Position numbers and translations under genes: made by a program
Shown here: positions 1 through 9,478 of the stretch, one piece after another
How the letters are laid out: each line of letters opens with the position of its first letter
Position numbering within the stretch: position 1 is the first letter of the stretch
Origin: Candidatus Curtissbacteria bacterium
Lineage (GTDB): Bacteria > Patescibacteriota > Microgenomatia > Curtissbacterales > GWA2-41-24
Assembly (NCBI GenBank): GCA_016183325.1
Contig: JACPEV010000016.1
Span: 1-53,604 of the forward strand
Direction of reading: 5' to 3'
DNA length: 53,604 bases
The notes under the pieces: model-generated
Seen by the model: the letters and a program-made list of their open reading frames with translations, nothing else
Told to the model about the DNA's origin: nothing
Databases searched by the model: none

Positions 1-81
1 AGAAACTATGAGACTTGCTTTAGTGGCATCAATATCGACGCAAAAACACCAAATGACTTTTTTAACTTTAAAACTGCTTAA
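1..81 (+). CDS. 3' end of a gene running in from the left edge; resembles a PIN-domain C-terminus
   Basis: Frame 1 is open from base 1 (RNYETCFSGINIDAKTPNDFFNFKTA*), similar to the PIN tail pattern RN..DF....I...TP.EF; only 26 codons are visible. Confidence 0.25.
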   Translation, partial: RNYETCFSGINIDAKTPNDFFNFKTA

Positions 82-157
82 TTTGCTTAATCTGACAAGC
101 ATTTAGACTAGTTTAGCAGATGCTGTTCTAGTCTAGAGCCAATAATAATAATTAATA

Positions 158-188
158 TGGTAAGTTCTCGCTAATCGCTCGAACAATA
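158..188. repeat. 31-bp REP-like element
   Basis: tggtaagttctcgctaatcgctcgaacaata is identical to 38168-38198; a variant lies at 4683-4707. Confidence 0.8.
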
Positions 189-237
189 TTCTACTTATCC
201 GATCTTGTATACCAGAGTCAATTTAATTAAAATATGA

Positions 238-363
238 TTAAAGGTTCCGAAGTCTGTGTAACTCAGACACCCTACGAAGTTAATAAATCAACTTCCCGGG
301 TCGTGAAGCAATCCGCTTCATAGACTGTGCCGCAACCGTGAAAGCCGGGTCGAAGGCCTTTGA
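238..363 (+). promoter_or_regulatory. cobalamin riboswitch-like leader (atypical)
   Basis: Closing stem taaaggtt/ggcctttga; actgtgccgcaaccgtga and aagccgg resemble cobalamin-riboswitch conserved segments; lies upstream of DUF4430 and DUF6580. The 5' AGGGAA/GGTG-AATCC core is not cleanly recognisable. Confidence 0.5.
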
Positions 364-392
364 CAGGTGCTAATCTTTCGAGCAAAAGAAAA

Positions 393-830
393 ATGAAATT
401 TAAAAATTTACTTCTCCCGTTAATATTTATCCCTCTCGTCCTTGTTCTTTTTTTTGTTTCATCCAACAAATCCCAAACTAATCCTCCACCCGCGCCCCAA
501 ATAGAAGAAGTAAAAATTATCGATATACCAATAAAGATTGACTACGGAAAAGAAAATCAGTCAGAAACAAAAATAGCCAAAGTAGAAGAAAACTCAAGCG
601 CATGGGAAGCGCTAAAAACTGCAGCAGGTGAACAGAACATCGAATATAAAGATTACGGTGGGGAATTAGGAATTTTTATAAGCGCGATAAACCAAGTTAA
701 ACCAACAGGTAACAAATTCTGGCTATTTAAGGTAAACGGTGAAGGCGCAAGTGTCGGAGTAAGTTCTTACAAAGTCCAAAACGGAGATAAACTTGAATTT
801 GTAATTAGCGAACCGGAACCGGGTCAATGA
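393..830 (+). CDS. DUF4430 (transcobalamin C-terminal-like) membrane-anchored protein
   Basis: N-terminal TM segment; G.FI.AIN....FWLFKVNG....VGVSSY....GDKLEF pattern; ATG 393 preferred over TTG 360. Confidence 0.8.
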   Translation: MKFKNLLLPLIFIPLVLVLFFVSSNKSQTNPPPAPQIEEVKIIDIPIKIDYGKENQSETKIAKVEENSSAWEALKTAAGEQNIEYKDYGGELGIFISAINQVKPTGNKFWLFKVNGEGASVGVSSYKVQNGDKLEFVISEPEPGQ

Positions 831-1393
831 GTTTGCTTTTAATAATATCAAGTATTCTTTTAAGATTGTTGCCTCATTTGCCAAATTTCACACCCCTGGG
901 AGCGTCGGCCCTTTTTTCCGGGGCTAATTTCAATAAAAAGTGTTCGGTTATTATCACCATGTCAGCGCTTCTTATTGGTGACTATCTGCTTCTTTATGTA
1001 AATCCTTTTTCCACAAAACCTTTCGATTTTTCAACCATATATTCTCCAATTGCACTTTTTCATTCAACCACGACCTTTGTTTACTTAAGTTTTCTAATCT
1101 ACTCGTTGATTGGTATATGGATCTCACACAAAAAATCTATCAACAGAATACTCTTGGGGTCAGTTATTGCTTCACTACAATTTTTTCTAATTACCAACTT
1201 TGGCGTCTGGGCAACGGGAATGTACGGTAGGGGACTCGACGGTCTGTTGCAAAGTTATATCATGGGCTTGCCATTTTTTAAATACACAATATTGGGAGAC
1301 TTGTTCTATTCAACTTTATTTTTCGGCGCCTACGAAATTGCCAGGAAAATTATTCCCAAGCCTAAACCAGCACTGGAAGTACCTATAGCATAA
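827..1393 (+). CDS. DUF6580 family membrane protein (ECF S-component-like putative vitamin transporter)
   Basis: RLLPHLPNFTPLGASALF and FFLITNFGVW...Y..GLPFF motifs; ATGA overlap with the upstream gene. Confidence 0.8.
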   Translation: MSLLLIISSILLRLLPHLPNFTPLGASALFSGANFNKKCSVIITMSALLIGDYLLLYVNPFSTKPFDFSTIYSPIALFHSTTTFVYLSFLIYSLIGIWISHKKSINRILLGSVIASLQFFLITNFGVWATGMYGRGLDGLLQSYIMGLPFFKYTILGDLFYSTLFFGAYEIARKIIPKPKPALEVPIA

Positions 1394-1433
1394 CCATCAC
1401 AATTTTTGACATGTCATAAATTGTGATGATATT
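1381..1433. repeat. 53-bp palindromic element
   Basis: Reverse complement matches 34323-34375 at 49/53 positions, with another copy at 35614-35666; centred on gacatgtc. Confidence 0.8.
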
Positions 1434-1498
1434 GGGTTTAAATTGGCTTGAAATTTTAAATCCTTTACCGAATTATTTCCCGCTGCTAGACTTAAGTT

Positions 1499-2104
1499 AT
1501 GAGGAAAGGTTTCATTTCCCCATTAATATTAGTAGTTTTATTAGGGGCGATTATTGGAGGTCTTGTTTATCTTAGACCCAAACCACCAGTTATCATCAAT
1601 CAACCACAGGCCACCTCGGATCCATTCGGCAACTGGAAAACTTACAAAAACCAAAAACAAAGTTTTACCATCAGATACCCTAAGGATTTATTTATTTCGG
1701 AGCACGTCACAGATGCAGTTGATTTCATCAACGATCCAAACATAAAAGAGGCAACACCTGCTGCCATCAAAGTTCGCTATTCCAGTGCCACAGACGCAAC
1801 CGACTTAAAAGAGTTTGAGAAAATCTACAAGACCGATCCAGGCGTCGAAATTCTCGAACCGCTCGATGTTAGATCAATCATCATCAAAAACAGCAATCTA
1901 GAAATCGCAGGGTATCGGTCAATCGATTACATCATCAACAGAACCTTCTCAGCTCTTGAAGGTCCCAAAACCGAATACACCCACGTTTATCAAATTGATA
2001 AAAATGGGGTAATCCTGAAATTTTCCTCAAACGCCGAAACCAAAGAATCTCAAAAACAGCTCGATCCAGTTTTCGAAAAGATAATCTCTTCTCTAAAATT
2101 TTAA
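1499..2104 (+). CDS. membrane-anchored hypothetical protein (pilin-like N-terminus, PsbP-like domain)
   Basis: MRKGF followed by a hydrophobic helix; WKTY.N....F.I.YP and C-terminal F.KI.SSLKF patterns. Confidence 0.7.
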   Translation: MRKGFISPLILVVLLGAIIGGLVYLRPKPPVIINQPQATSDPFGNWKTYKNQKQSFTIRYPKDLFISEHVTDAVDFINDPNIKEATPAAIKVRYSSATDATDLKEFEKIYKTDPGVEILEPLDVRSIIIKNSNLEIAGYRSIDYIINRTFSALEGPKTEYTHVYQIDKNGVILKFSSNAETKESQKQLDPVFEKIISSLKF

Positions 2105-2108
2105 CTCT

Positions 2109-3044
2109 CTATTTTCTTTTTAATCGCTCCACCAATTTATCCTCGAGTTCGCGTCTTTTATCCAGGCCAATAGAGTCATATACATTCCCTCGTCTTCTAA
2201 GCCTTGCAAGCATAAATTGAAACCATTCTTCTCCAAATCTCTCCCGGCCTAGCAGTGTTAAAATTGCCGAAGCATCCACAACGAAAATTTTCGAAAACCA
2301 TAAAACTTCTTTTCTCATCTCATCAGGAACAATTTTGATAAATAGACTTCTACCTTCCTCCAGCCCTTCTTTTTGTTGAATTTCTTCAATCTCTTTTTTT
2401 GTCAAATGAGTTTTTGCCCTGAACATCATTACTCGAACCCCTGTTCTGACACCTTTCATGAAACCTAAGCTTTCCGGTGTCTCAATGTCTTGTTGGCTAA
2501 TTCGAGTTTCTTCAGAAGCCTCTCTGAGAGCTGCCCGAAAAGGGTCAATTTGACCATTTTCGTCAACGTCATCTAGCTCAACGTCTCCACCGAGTCCTCC
2601 TAACCAATTTAAAAATCTTGAAACATTCTGCCTTTCATTAATGAGCACATAATCATCACTTGTTTCCAAGACTGAACATACTGCGAGTAATCTTGGTACC
2701 AACTCAGGATGTTCTAGACTAAATTCTGAATCAACAGTTCCAATAAAGTCTTTATAATCACTGCGCCCCAGTTTTAAGCGTAGTTTCTGTTCTTTTTGTT
2801 CAAAATTCATCAAAAGCACCTTTGGTCTGTTTACAAGCGTAATTCCGCGTTTGCTCGCTTCCTCATTTCTTCTTTCCCAATTTTCTTCAATGATTCTTCT
2901 CAACTCCGGTGGTTTGAATAAAGTTTCCAAAGTATCTTCTATTACTACATCCTCACGCGAAAAGTTTCCTAAAACAGGAATTTCAAAAAACGGCGTAACA
3001 ATTGCCGTATTTTCTACCGAAGATAAGGATTCAATCTCTGCCAT
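2109..3044 (-). CDS. NUDIX hydrolase family protein
   Basis: GG...AALREASEETRI Nudix box; 311-aa ORF. Confidence 0.75.
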   Translation of the reverse strand: MAEIESLSSVENTAIVTPFFEIPVLGNFSREDVVIEDTLETLFKPPELRRIIEENWERRNEEASKRGITLVNRPKVLLMNFEQKEQKLRLKLGRSDYKDFIGTVDSEFSLEHPELVPRLLAVCSVLETSDDYVLINERQNVSRFLNWLGGLGGDVELDDVDENGQIDPFRAALREASEETRISQQDIETPESLGFMKGVRTGVRVMMFRAKTHLTKKEIEEIQQKEGLEEGRSLFIKIVPDEMRKEVLWFSKIFVVDASAILTLLGRERFGEEWFQFMLARLRRRGNVYDSIGLDKRRELEDKLVERLKRK

Positions 3045-3046
3045 AA

Positions 3047-3913
3047 TTAAGTATTTAAATATTTAACAAAATTATCAGCCAATTTTTCACTGGCAGCCCC
3101 AATTATAGAGACATTTTCATTTTGTCCGAATTCCAAATATTTTTTTCTACCAATATTTTTTCCGTCTCTTGTAACCATTATGCCTTGCGCTTCAGTTACT
3201 AATCCGTAGGCCACGGCAATTTCTAAATTTCCCTTACGTGTGCACTCGACCACCAAATCAGATTGTCCTGAAGCTAAATCTACATAGTTTGCGGCAGATG
3301 AAATATGTGGTTTGGTATTGTATCCTGCGAGTTTTTCAAAAATTCTCCTTGTCACATCAAAAGTTCCTGCATCATCGATATAAATTCGCGTTTGTCTATT
3401 GAAGCTTCTTGCGTCCGAACATTTGATAGGAATTCTTCTCCCATTTTCAAAAACCCACGCACCTTTTCCACGGGATGCAAAAAATAAGCGACCCGTTGAG
3501 TGTTCCATCACTCCACCAAATAGATAATCGTCATAAACAGGATCTGTTCCTAAAAAAATTCCAAACATCGTACCGCACCGACCATGTAGTCGATCCTTTT
3601 TGTATTCATTAGAACCATCAAGACCATCAAGAATACCCAAATAAAGCGGATTGTCTGAAAGATCTACGACGCCATGCTCTTCTGAAATAATTCTGATCGC
3701 CAATTGTGCTTCATCGAAGGTATCAATTATGACTCTTTCGGCCTCGACATCCATCTTCAGGGCTATTTCTCCAAATTGATTTTTTTGCACTTCATCGGTA
3801 CCTTTCTCTCCAAGAGCGATATATCGCGCGTACGTCATTTGCAAAGCTTCCAAAGACAGCCTTTCTATCTGTTCTGATGCTAGATATTTTTCTAATCTGT
3901 TTTCTCTCATCAT
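3047..3913 (-). CDS. inositol monophosphatase / FBPase-like protein
   Basis: DVEAE, SEE and ILDGLDGS motifs; start 3913 overlaps the upstream stop (ATGA). Confidence 0.8.
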   Translation of the reverse strand: MMRENRLEKYLASEQIERLSLEALQMTYARYIALGEKGTDEVQKNQFGEIALKMDVEAERVIIDTFDEAQLAIRIISEEHGVVDLSDNPLYLGILDGLDGSNEYKKDRLHGRCGTMFGIFLGTDPVYDDYLFGGVMEHSTGRLFFASRGKGAWVFENGRRIPIKCSDARSFNRQTRIYIDDAGTFDVTRRIFEKLAGYNTKPHISSAANYVDLASGQSDLVVECTRKGNLEIAVAYGLVTEAQGIMVTRDGKNIGRKKYLEFGQNENVSIIGAASEKLADNFVKYLNT

Positions 3914-4680
3914 GAGCCTCTTCCTTTCCAAATTTTTTCGGATTGTCCTTCTAATTTATTGACATACCTTGCCAACGTAAAAAGCCAATCGGAGAGTCGA
4001 TTAATGTAAATCAAAGCATTTTTTAGGCCCGCAGTCCGCTGGCTGGCGGATGAGGACCGCAAGCTATGCTTATTAATCCCGTCTGTACGGTCTAGCTCCG
4101 CGATCGATCTTTCCGCCCTTCTGGCCACAGTTCTGGCAAGATGGAGTTGTGCTCCAACTTTTCCTCCTCCTGGCAAAATAAAATTGCGAAGTTGAGGTAG
4201 AGAAACGCTCCAGCTGTCAATCTCTTTCTCGAGTCTGGTGACAAAAGACTTCTTTACCCTTAGCACTTTGACTTTGACTTCCATTGGTGTTGCCAAATCA
4301 CTACCTAGAACAAGAAGTTCGGATTGAATTCTGAAAAGTTTTTTCTCAGTATCCGCGAAAGTATTACCTGTCATTCTGGGGAGCGGAGCGACTCCAGAAT
4401 CGATTCTGGACAAGCCAGAATGACGAGATAGAAGATTGCTTCTCCGGCTCTTGCCGGATCGCAATGACAAGTTGTTACCCATGTCCACCTCCGAGGTGGA
4501 GTCTTGACGTCGTCCAGAGAACACCTCGGAGGTGTGCAATTCAGCAATCACCACTCCTATCAGCGAGTTTAGCTCATCAACCTCACCATATGTCTTAATT
4601 CTCAAATCACTTTTATCAACCCTTTTTCCGCCAAATAGGGAAGTAGTGCCATGATCGCCAGTTTTTGTGTAAATCTTCAT
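3910..4680 (-). CDS. pduO: ATP:cob(I)alamin adenosyltransferase (PduO type) with in-frame repeat insertions
   Basis: MKIYTKTGDHGTT, YGEVDELNS, FILPGG, RTVARRAER and YINRLSDWLF motifs. Confidence 0.9.
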   Translation of the reverse strand: MKIYTKTGDHGTTSLFGGKRVDKSDLRIKTYGEVDELNSLIGVVIAELHTSEVFSGRRQDSTSEVDMGNNLSLRSGKSRRSNLLSRHSGLSRIDSGVAPLPRMTGNTFADTEKKLFRIQSELLVLGSDLATPMEVKVKVLRVKKSFVTRLEKEIDSWSVSLPQLRNFILPGGGKVGAQLHLARTVARRAERSIAELDRTDGINKHSLRSSSASQRTAGLKNALIYINRLSDWLFTLARYVNKLEGQSEKIWKGRGS

Positions 4681-4835
4681 GGAAGTTCTCGACACGCTCG
4701 AACAATAATAGTCTTGCAGTATTATGTCAAGGGAATCCAATAGTAACTATTCACCTTTCTCCAAATTCCTCCACCTCGGAGGAGTGCATACGCATACCAT
4801 CCGAGGTGTCTTTAAGGCTATCTACTCTCCCCCAT

Positions 4836-4864
4836 TTGACATACCCTACCCAGTAGGGTAGGAT
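4836..4864 (+). promoter_or_regulatory. sigma70 promoter with CsoR operator
   Basis: TTGACA-17-TAGGAT; the spacer holds the perfect inverted repeat taccctac-cca-gtagggta, typical of CsoR operators, directly upstream of csoR. Confidence 0.85.
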
Positions 4865-4868
4865 ATAG

Positions 4869-5138
4869 ATGATGCAAAGCCACGTAAAAGCAGAAGCCCT
4901 CAAAAGATTGCGCACTGCCAGGGGACACCTGGACCATGTAATTAGTCAGGTCGAACAAGAAAAATATTGCATCGAAATTCTCCAACAATCCCTTGCCGTC
5001 CAAGCTGCTCTGCGCGCCGTTGACCACATAATCCTTAAAGGCCATTTGGAAGAACACGTCGCCCACGCCATGCACGGTAAAGACCAGCAAAAATCGATCG
5101 ATGAAGTCATAGACATTTTCGACAAAGCTAGAAAATAG
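4869..5138 (+). CDS. csoR: copper-sensing repressor, CsoR family
   Basis: RL..ARGHL, YCIEILQQ..AVQAAL and HL..H motifs. Confidence 0.9.
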   Translation: MMQSHVKAEALKRLRTARGHLDHVISQVEQEKYCIEILQQSLAVQAALRAVDHIILKGHLEEHVAHAMHGKDQQKSIDEVIDIFDKARK

Positions 5139-5151
5139 GATGTGACAAAAT

Positions 5152-5367
5152 ATGTTGCAACTTTCTTTGATGCCTTTCCCAGACCAAGCCAAAGATTTAG
5201 ACCCAGATGGCCGGTACTGGGGTCATCCGATGATGTGGTGGGGTGGCGGTAACCAAGTGACCTACACGCTCTTCAGCATTTTGTGGCTGATAACTTGGAT
5301 CCTTGTCGTCATCGTTTTAATTGCTCTCGCCCGCTGGTTGTGGAAAAAAGGAGATAAAGGTCGATGA
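5152..5367 (+). CDS. small membrane protein (His/Met/Gly-rich, metal-cluster associated)
   Basis: WGHPMMWWGGG followed by one TM helix; operonic overlap with the next gene. Confidence 0.65.
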   Translation: MLQLSLMPFPDQAKDLDPDGRYWGHPMMWWGGGNQVTYTLFSILWLITWILVVIVLIALARWLWKKGDKGR

Positions 5368-5867
5368 AGTTTAAAATTTTTTTGGTCATCATTTTTGCCG
5401 TCGCTTTTGCCTTTGTCGAGGCAGCGGTTGTCGTTTATCTGCGCCATCTTCTCGGCTCAGCTCAGCCGGAAGTCGGCAGGAATGAAATCTTATTACTACT
5501 CCCGGGAGTTACCTTTCTTGAGCCTCAAACCGCTGTCAAAATCATCTCCGACACTTCCCTATTAAATGTCGAGCGCATCCGCGAGGCATCGACTTTGATC
5601 ATGCTTGCATCAGTTGCAGCTCTTGCTGCAAAAAACTTGAGACAGCGATTGGCATTCTTTGCTCTAGCATTTGGAATTTGGGATATTTTTTATTATGTTT
5701 TTTTAAATTTGACAATCGGTTGGCCCAAAAGCCTCTTTGATCTTGATGTCTTTTTTCTGCTGCCAACGCCTTGGGCCGGCCCGGTGGCTATACCCTTGAT
5801 TATCTCGTCAATTCTAATCACAGGTTCCTTAATCTATTTAAATAGGAGCAGAAATGGAAATAGATAA
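5364..5867 (+). CDS. conserved multi-TM membrane protein
   Basis: EAAVVVYLR, E.IREASTL.ML and FG.WDIFYY motifs; about four TM segments. Confidence 0.75.
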   Translation: MKFKIFLVIIFAVAFAFVEAAVVVYLRHLLGSAQPEVGRNEILLLLPGVTFLEPQTAVKIISDTSLLNVERIREASTLIMLASVAALAAKNLRQRLAFFALAFGIWDIFYYVFLNLTIGWPKSLFDLDVFFLLPTPWAGPVAIPLIISSILITGSLIYLNRSRNGNR

Positions 5868-6213
5868 AATTTTCGTTGCTTTTTTTAGTCTGGCGGGTAT
5901 GGGTTTCACATATTGGTTTTTCTTAATGAAAAAAGAAGACGTTGTTTCTGTGACAGATTCGACAGATATAACGGTTGAGGGAGGTTATATTCCAAGTGTT
6001 ATTTCGATTCCCAAAAGAAAGACCACAAAAATTAATTTCACACGACGTGACCCCTCCAGCTGCTTGGAAGAAGTAGTCTTAAGTGATTTTAAAATAAGAA
6101 AGTTTTTGCCGATGAATCAAAAAGTAACTATTGAGGTAACACCCCAAAAAACCGGGGAATTCCCCTTCTCATGCGGCATGAATATGTTTCACGGAAAAAT
6201 CATCGTAAGATAA
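5854..6213 (+). CDS. membrane-anchored cupredoxin-domain protein (CupA-like)
   Basis: [12 protein letters not shown] and [10 protein letters not shown] motifs. Confidence 0.85.
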   Translation: MEIDKIFVAFFSLAGMGFTYWFFLMKKEDVVSVTDSTDITVEGGYIPSVISIPKRKTTKINFTRRDPSSCLEEVVLSDFKIRKFLPMNQKVTIEVTPQKTGEFPFSCGMNMFHGKIIVR

Positions 6214-6221
6214 TAGTTACA

Positions 6222-8513
6222 ATGGAACAATCAAACAATTCAACAATATCCAAGATAACATTTCCCATTAAAGGCATTCATTGTGCATCTTGTATAAGAG
6301 TGCTCGAGCGCTCCCTTAAAAAAGTTGATGGCGTTTCGGAAGCTGTGGTAAATCTTGCAACCGGTAAGGCATCTGTTTTGTTCGATCCGGAAAAAGTTAA
6401 AAATCAAGATCTAGAATCGGCAGTTTCAAATGTCGGGTACAAAGCATTAATAAATGAGCAAACGAAATCCGAAGATGATCAAAAAAAAGAGAGGGAAAAA
6501 GAGTTAAAAGATCTAAGAAACAAAGTTGCACTAAGTCTATTTTCGGGAAGCCTAATTCTTTGGGGAAGCTTCCCTGCTTTAATGGAAACAGCGCCCCTAG
6601 TTCTTAGAAATTCGCTCATACAACTTTTTTTAGCAATACCTGTCCAATTTTGGGCAGGATTTGAATTTTACAGAGCAACGATCCCGGCCCTAAAACATCG
6701 CACGGCAAACATGGATACGTTGGTAGCAATCGGCACAACTGTCGCCTTTGGCTATTCGGCGACTGTGACAATTTTCCCAGGTATTCTCCAAAACATCGGG
6801 ATTGAACCGTCGCCTTATTTTGACGTGTCAACAATAATTATTGGCCTAATTCTTCTTGGACGTTATTTTGAAGCAAAAGCCAAAGCTGGCACTTCCGAAG
6901 CCATAAAAAAACTTATTGGTTTGCAGGCGAAAACCGCACGAGTTATGCAACACACAAAAGAAGTAGATGTTCCAATTGAGCAAGTAGTTATTGGAAATAT
7001 TATTAGAGTTCGGCCAGGCGAAAAAATCCCTGTAGATGGTGTAATTATTGAGGGAGAATCTTCCATTGATGAATCAATGATTACCGGCGAGAGCATCCCA
7101 ACTGATAAAGCAAAAGGAGATACCGTAATTGGAGCGACAATCAATAAAACCGGAACTTTTACCTATAAAGCGACAAAAGTGGGCAGCGATACCATGCTTG
7201 CCCAGATAATAAAGCTCGTTGAAGCTGCACAAGGCAGCAAAGCACCAATTCAGCGCCTAGCCGATTTAATTTCTTCATATTTTGTACCTATCGTTATCAT
7301 GCTGGCATTTGTGACATTTGGTGTCTGGTATATTTTTCCAGCACAGCCGGCTTTTTTGTTTGCTCTTCTTAATACTATCGCGGTTTTAATTATCGCTTGT
7401 CCTTGTGCAATGGGACTTGCAACACCAACCGCCATCATGGTCGGAACCGGCAAAGGGGCACAGCAAGGTATCTTGATTAAAGATGCAGAGAGTCTTGAGA
7501 TCGCCAACAAGATTAATACTATTATATTTGATAAAACGGGAACACTAACAAAAGGTAAACCGGAAGTGACAGATGTTATCCCGTCCCCTTCTGTCATTCC
7601 CGCGAAAGCGGGAATCCATAATCAAAAGATCCTGAAACAAGTTCAGGATGACATACTGAAGCTGGCAGCTTCTATTGAAAAAGGATCGGAGCATTCTCTT
7701 GCGGAGGCAATAGTCAAAAAAGCCGAAGATGAAAAACTTGTCCTGGACAAAGTCGAAGGATTCCAAGCAATTGCAGGACACGGCGTAGAAGGCTTTGTCG
7801 GTAAAAATCAGATTTTCTTGGGCAATAGACGGCTGATAGAAAAGGAAAAAATTGCCTTAGCATCATTGGAAAGAGAAATTAGCAAATTAGAGAACGAAGG
7901 AAAAACTGTCATGATATTAGCCGCTAATCGTAAATTAGCTGGACTCATTGCAGTGGCTGATACCGTCAAAGATTCGGCAAAAGATGGCGTTAGCAAGCTT
8001 CAAAAGCGTGGAATCGAAGTTGTCATGATCACTGGCGATAATCAAAAAACAGCAAGTGCAATTGCTCAAAAACTGGGTATTAAGCGAGTATTATCTGAAG
8101 TTTTGCCAGACCAAAAAGAAGCAGAAGTTAGAAAAATCCAGGCTGAGGGCAAAAAGGTTGCTATGGTTGGCGACGGCATCAATGATGCTCCGGCTCTTGC
8201 AGCAGCAGATGTTGGCATTGCAATGGGCAGTGGCACAGATGTTGCTATCGAAGCCGCTGATATAACCCTCATTAATAAAGATTTAACAAGCGTTGCATCA
8301 GCTATAGAACTTTCCAAAAAAACAATGCGCACAATTAAACTTAATCTTTTTTGGGCATTTGGCTATAATGTTCTCTTAATACCAGTGGCAATGGGAGTTT
8401 TATACCCCTTTCTCGGGATTCTGCTAAACCCAATTTTTGCATCTGTTGCCATGGCTGCAAGTTCTATCTCTGTTGTTTCTAATTCACTGTTGCTAAAGAG
8501 GTATAAAATTTAG
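6222..8513 (+). CDS. copA: Cu(I)-translocating P1B-type ATPase
   Basis: [29 protein letters not shown] and MAASS motifs. Confidence 0.95.
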   Translation: MEQSNNSTISKITFPIKGIHCASCIRVLERSLKKVDGVSEAVVNLATGKASVLFDPEKVKNQDLESAVSNVGYKALINEQTKSEDDQKKEREKELKDLRNKVALSLFSGSLILWGSFPALMETAPLVLRNSLIQLFLAIPVQFWAGFEFYRATIPALKHRTANMDTLVAIGTTVAFGYSATVTIFPGILQNIGIEPSPYFDVSTIIIGLILLGRYFEAKAKAGTSEAIKKLIGLQAKTARVMQHTKEVDVPIEQVVIGNIIRVRPGEKIPVDGVIIEGESSIDESMITGESIPTDKAKGDTVIGATINKTGTFTYKATKVGSDTMLAQIIKLVEAAQGSKAPIQRLADLISSYFVPIVIMLAFVTFGVWYIFPAQPAFLFALLNTIAVLIIACPCAMGLATPTAIMVGTGKGAQQGILIKDAESLEIANKINTIIFDKTGTLTKGKPEVTDVIPSPSVIPAKAGIHNQKILKQVQDDILKLAASIEKGSEHSLAEAIVKKAEDEKLVLDKVEGFQAIAGHGVEGFVGKNQIFLGNRRLIEKEKIALASLEREISKLENEGKTVMILAANRKLAGLIAVADTVKDSAKDGVSKLQKRGIEVVMITGDNQKTASAIAQKLGIKRVLSEVLPDQKEAEVRKIQAEGKKVAMVGDGINDAPALAAADVGIAMGSGTDVAIEAADITLINKDLTSVASAIELSKKTMRTIKLNLFWAFGYNVLLIPVAMGVLYPFLGILLNPIFASVAMAASSISVVSNSLLLKRYKI
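7592..7653. repeat. palindromic repeat doublet inserted in frame in copA
   Basis: tgtcattcccgcgaaagcgggaatcca...agatcctgaaacaagttcaggatgaca encodes [20 protein letters not shown]; related intergenic copies near 29650 and 44640. Confidence 0.85.
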
Positions 8514-8515
8514 TT

Positions 8516-8719
8516 ATGAATAAGTTTTTTAATTCATGTAGACGATGTTTAAATCCTTGGATGCTGGGCTTAATTATTGTTGCAGTTGCTGGACTCTTAA
8601 TTTTTGTTCCGATAATAGGTGTTGCAAGCTTAGTCGCAGCCCTTCCTCTTTTAGGCTGCACCGTTATGTGTGGGGCAATGGCCTTTTTTATGAAGGGACA
8701 CAAAAGTAAAGACAAATAG
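8516..8719 (+). CDS. small membrane protein (DUF2933-like, copper cluster)
   Basis: CxxC at the N-terminus, two TM segments, PLLGC..MC..M.FFM.GH. Confidence 0.7.
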   Translation: MNKFFNSCRRCLNPWMLGLIIVAVAGLLIFVPIIGVASLVAALPLLGCTVMCGAMAFFMKGHKSKDK

Positions 8720-8720
8720 A

Positions 8721-9428
8721 ATGTTGAAATTTTTTATACTGCCGTTGTTTGCACTTACTCTTTTTGCAAGCATATTTTTTCTAAAAATCTCTTCAGAAAA
8801 AAACATTGGAAACCAGAATGATACATCAGTGCCGAGTGAACTTGACAGGAAAGCCTTTTATGAACATATTAAAACAGCCAATGGTCAGTGGATTGAAAAT
8901 GCGCCATCTCCCATTTTCGATAACAAATCTGTAGCTAATTTGCCTCCCAAACCAAAAGATGATATTCCCTCTGTAGTCTTAGGATCACACACAGCTGCGG
9001 ACGGAACAGAGAAATGGATAGAAGTGGACATATCCGACCAAAAACTTTATGCGTGGGAAGGAAATCGTAAAATATACGACTTTCCGATATCATCAGGTCG
9101 GCCGGGATACGATACCGTCAAGGGAGAATTTAGGGTTTGGAGGAAAGTTAGATCTCAAACATACCGTGGCGGTTCAAAGGCAAGAGGAGATTATTACTAC
9201 TTGCCTAATGTGCCGTACTCTGTATTCTTCCATGAAGGCTATGCAATTCATGGCGCATATTGGCACAATGATTTTGGAATAAAAAGAAGAAGCGCCGGAT
9301 GTGTTAACTTAAGTATCCCTAATGCCGAAAAAATCTATAACTGGGCAGGGCCGGCAATGTCTTCTGGAGCTGGAGCACTAAACTCTACACCCGATAATCC
9401 GGGTATAAGAGTAGTGGTCCGCGATTAA
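8721..9428 (+). CDS. L,D-transpeptidase (YkuD family)
   Basis: WIEVDISDQKL, ISSGRPG and IHGAYWH...SAGCVN motifs. Confidence 0.9.
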   Translation: MLKFFILPLFALTLFASIFFLKISSEKNIGNQNDTSVPSELDRKAFYEHIKTANGQWIENAPSPIFDNKSVANLPPKPKDDIPSVVLGSHTAADGTEKWIEVDISDQKLYAWEGNRKIYDFPISSGRPGYDTVKGEFRVWRKVRSQTYRGGSKARGDYYYLPNVPYSVFFHEGYAIHGAYWHNDFGIKRRSAGCVNLSIPNAEKIYNWAGPAMSSGAGALNSTPDNPGIRVVVRD

Positions 9429-9478
9429 TTGACAAGCAGGATATGAACACATATATTAAGATTAATATAATTAAATTT

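Noticed and set aside
1395-1428. CRP/FNR site
   Set aside because: The half-sites are in reverse order and 20 bp apart rather than TGTGA-N6-TCACA.
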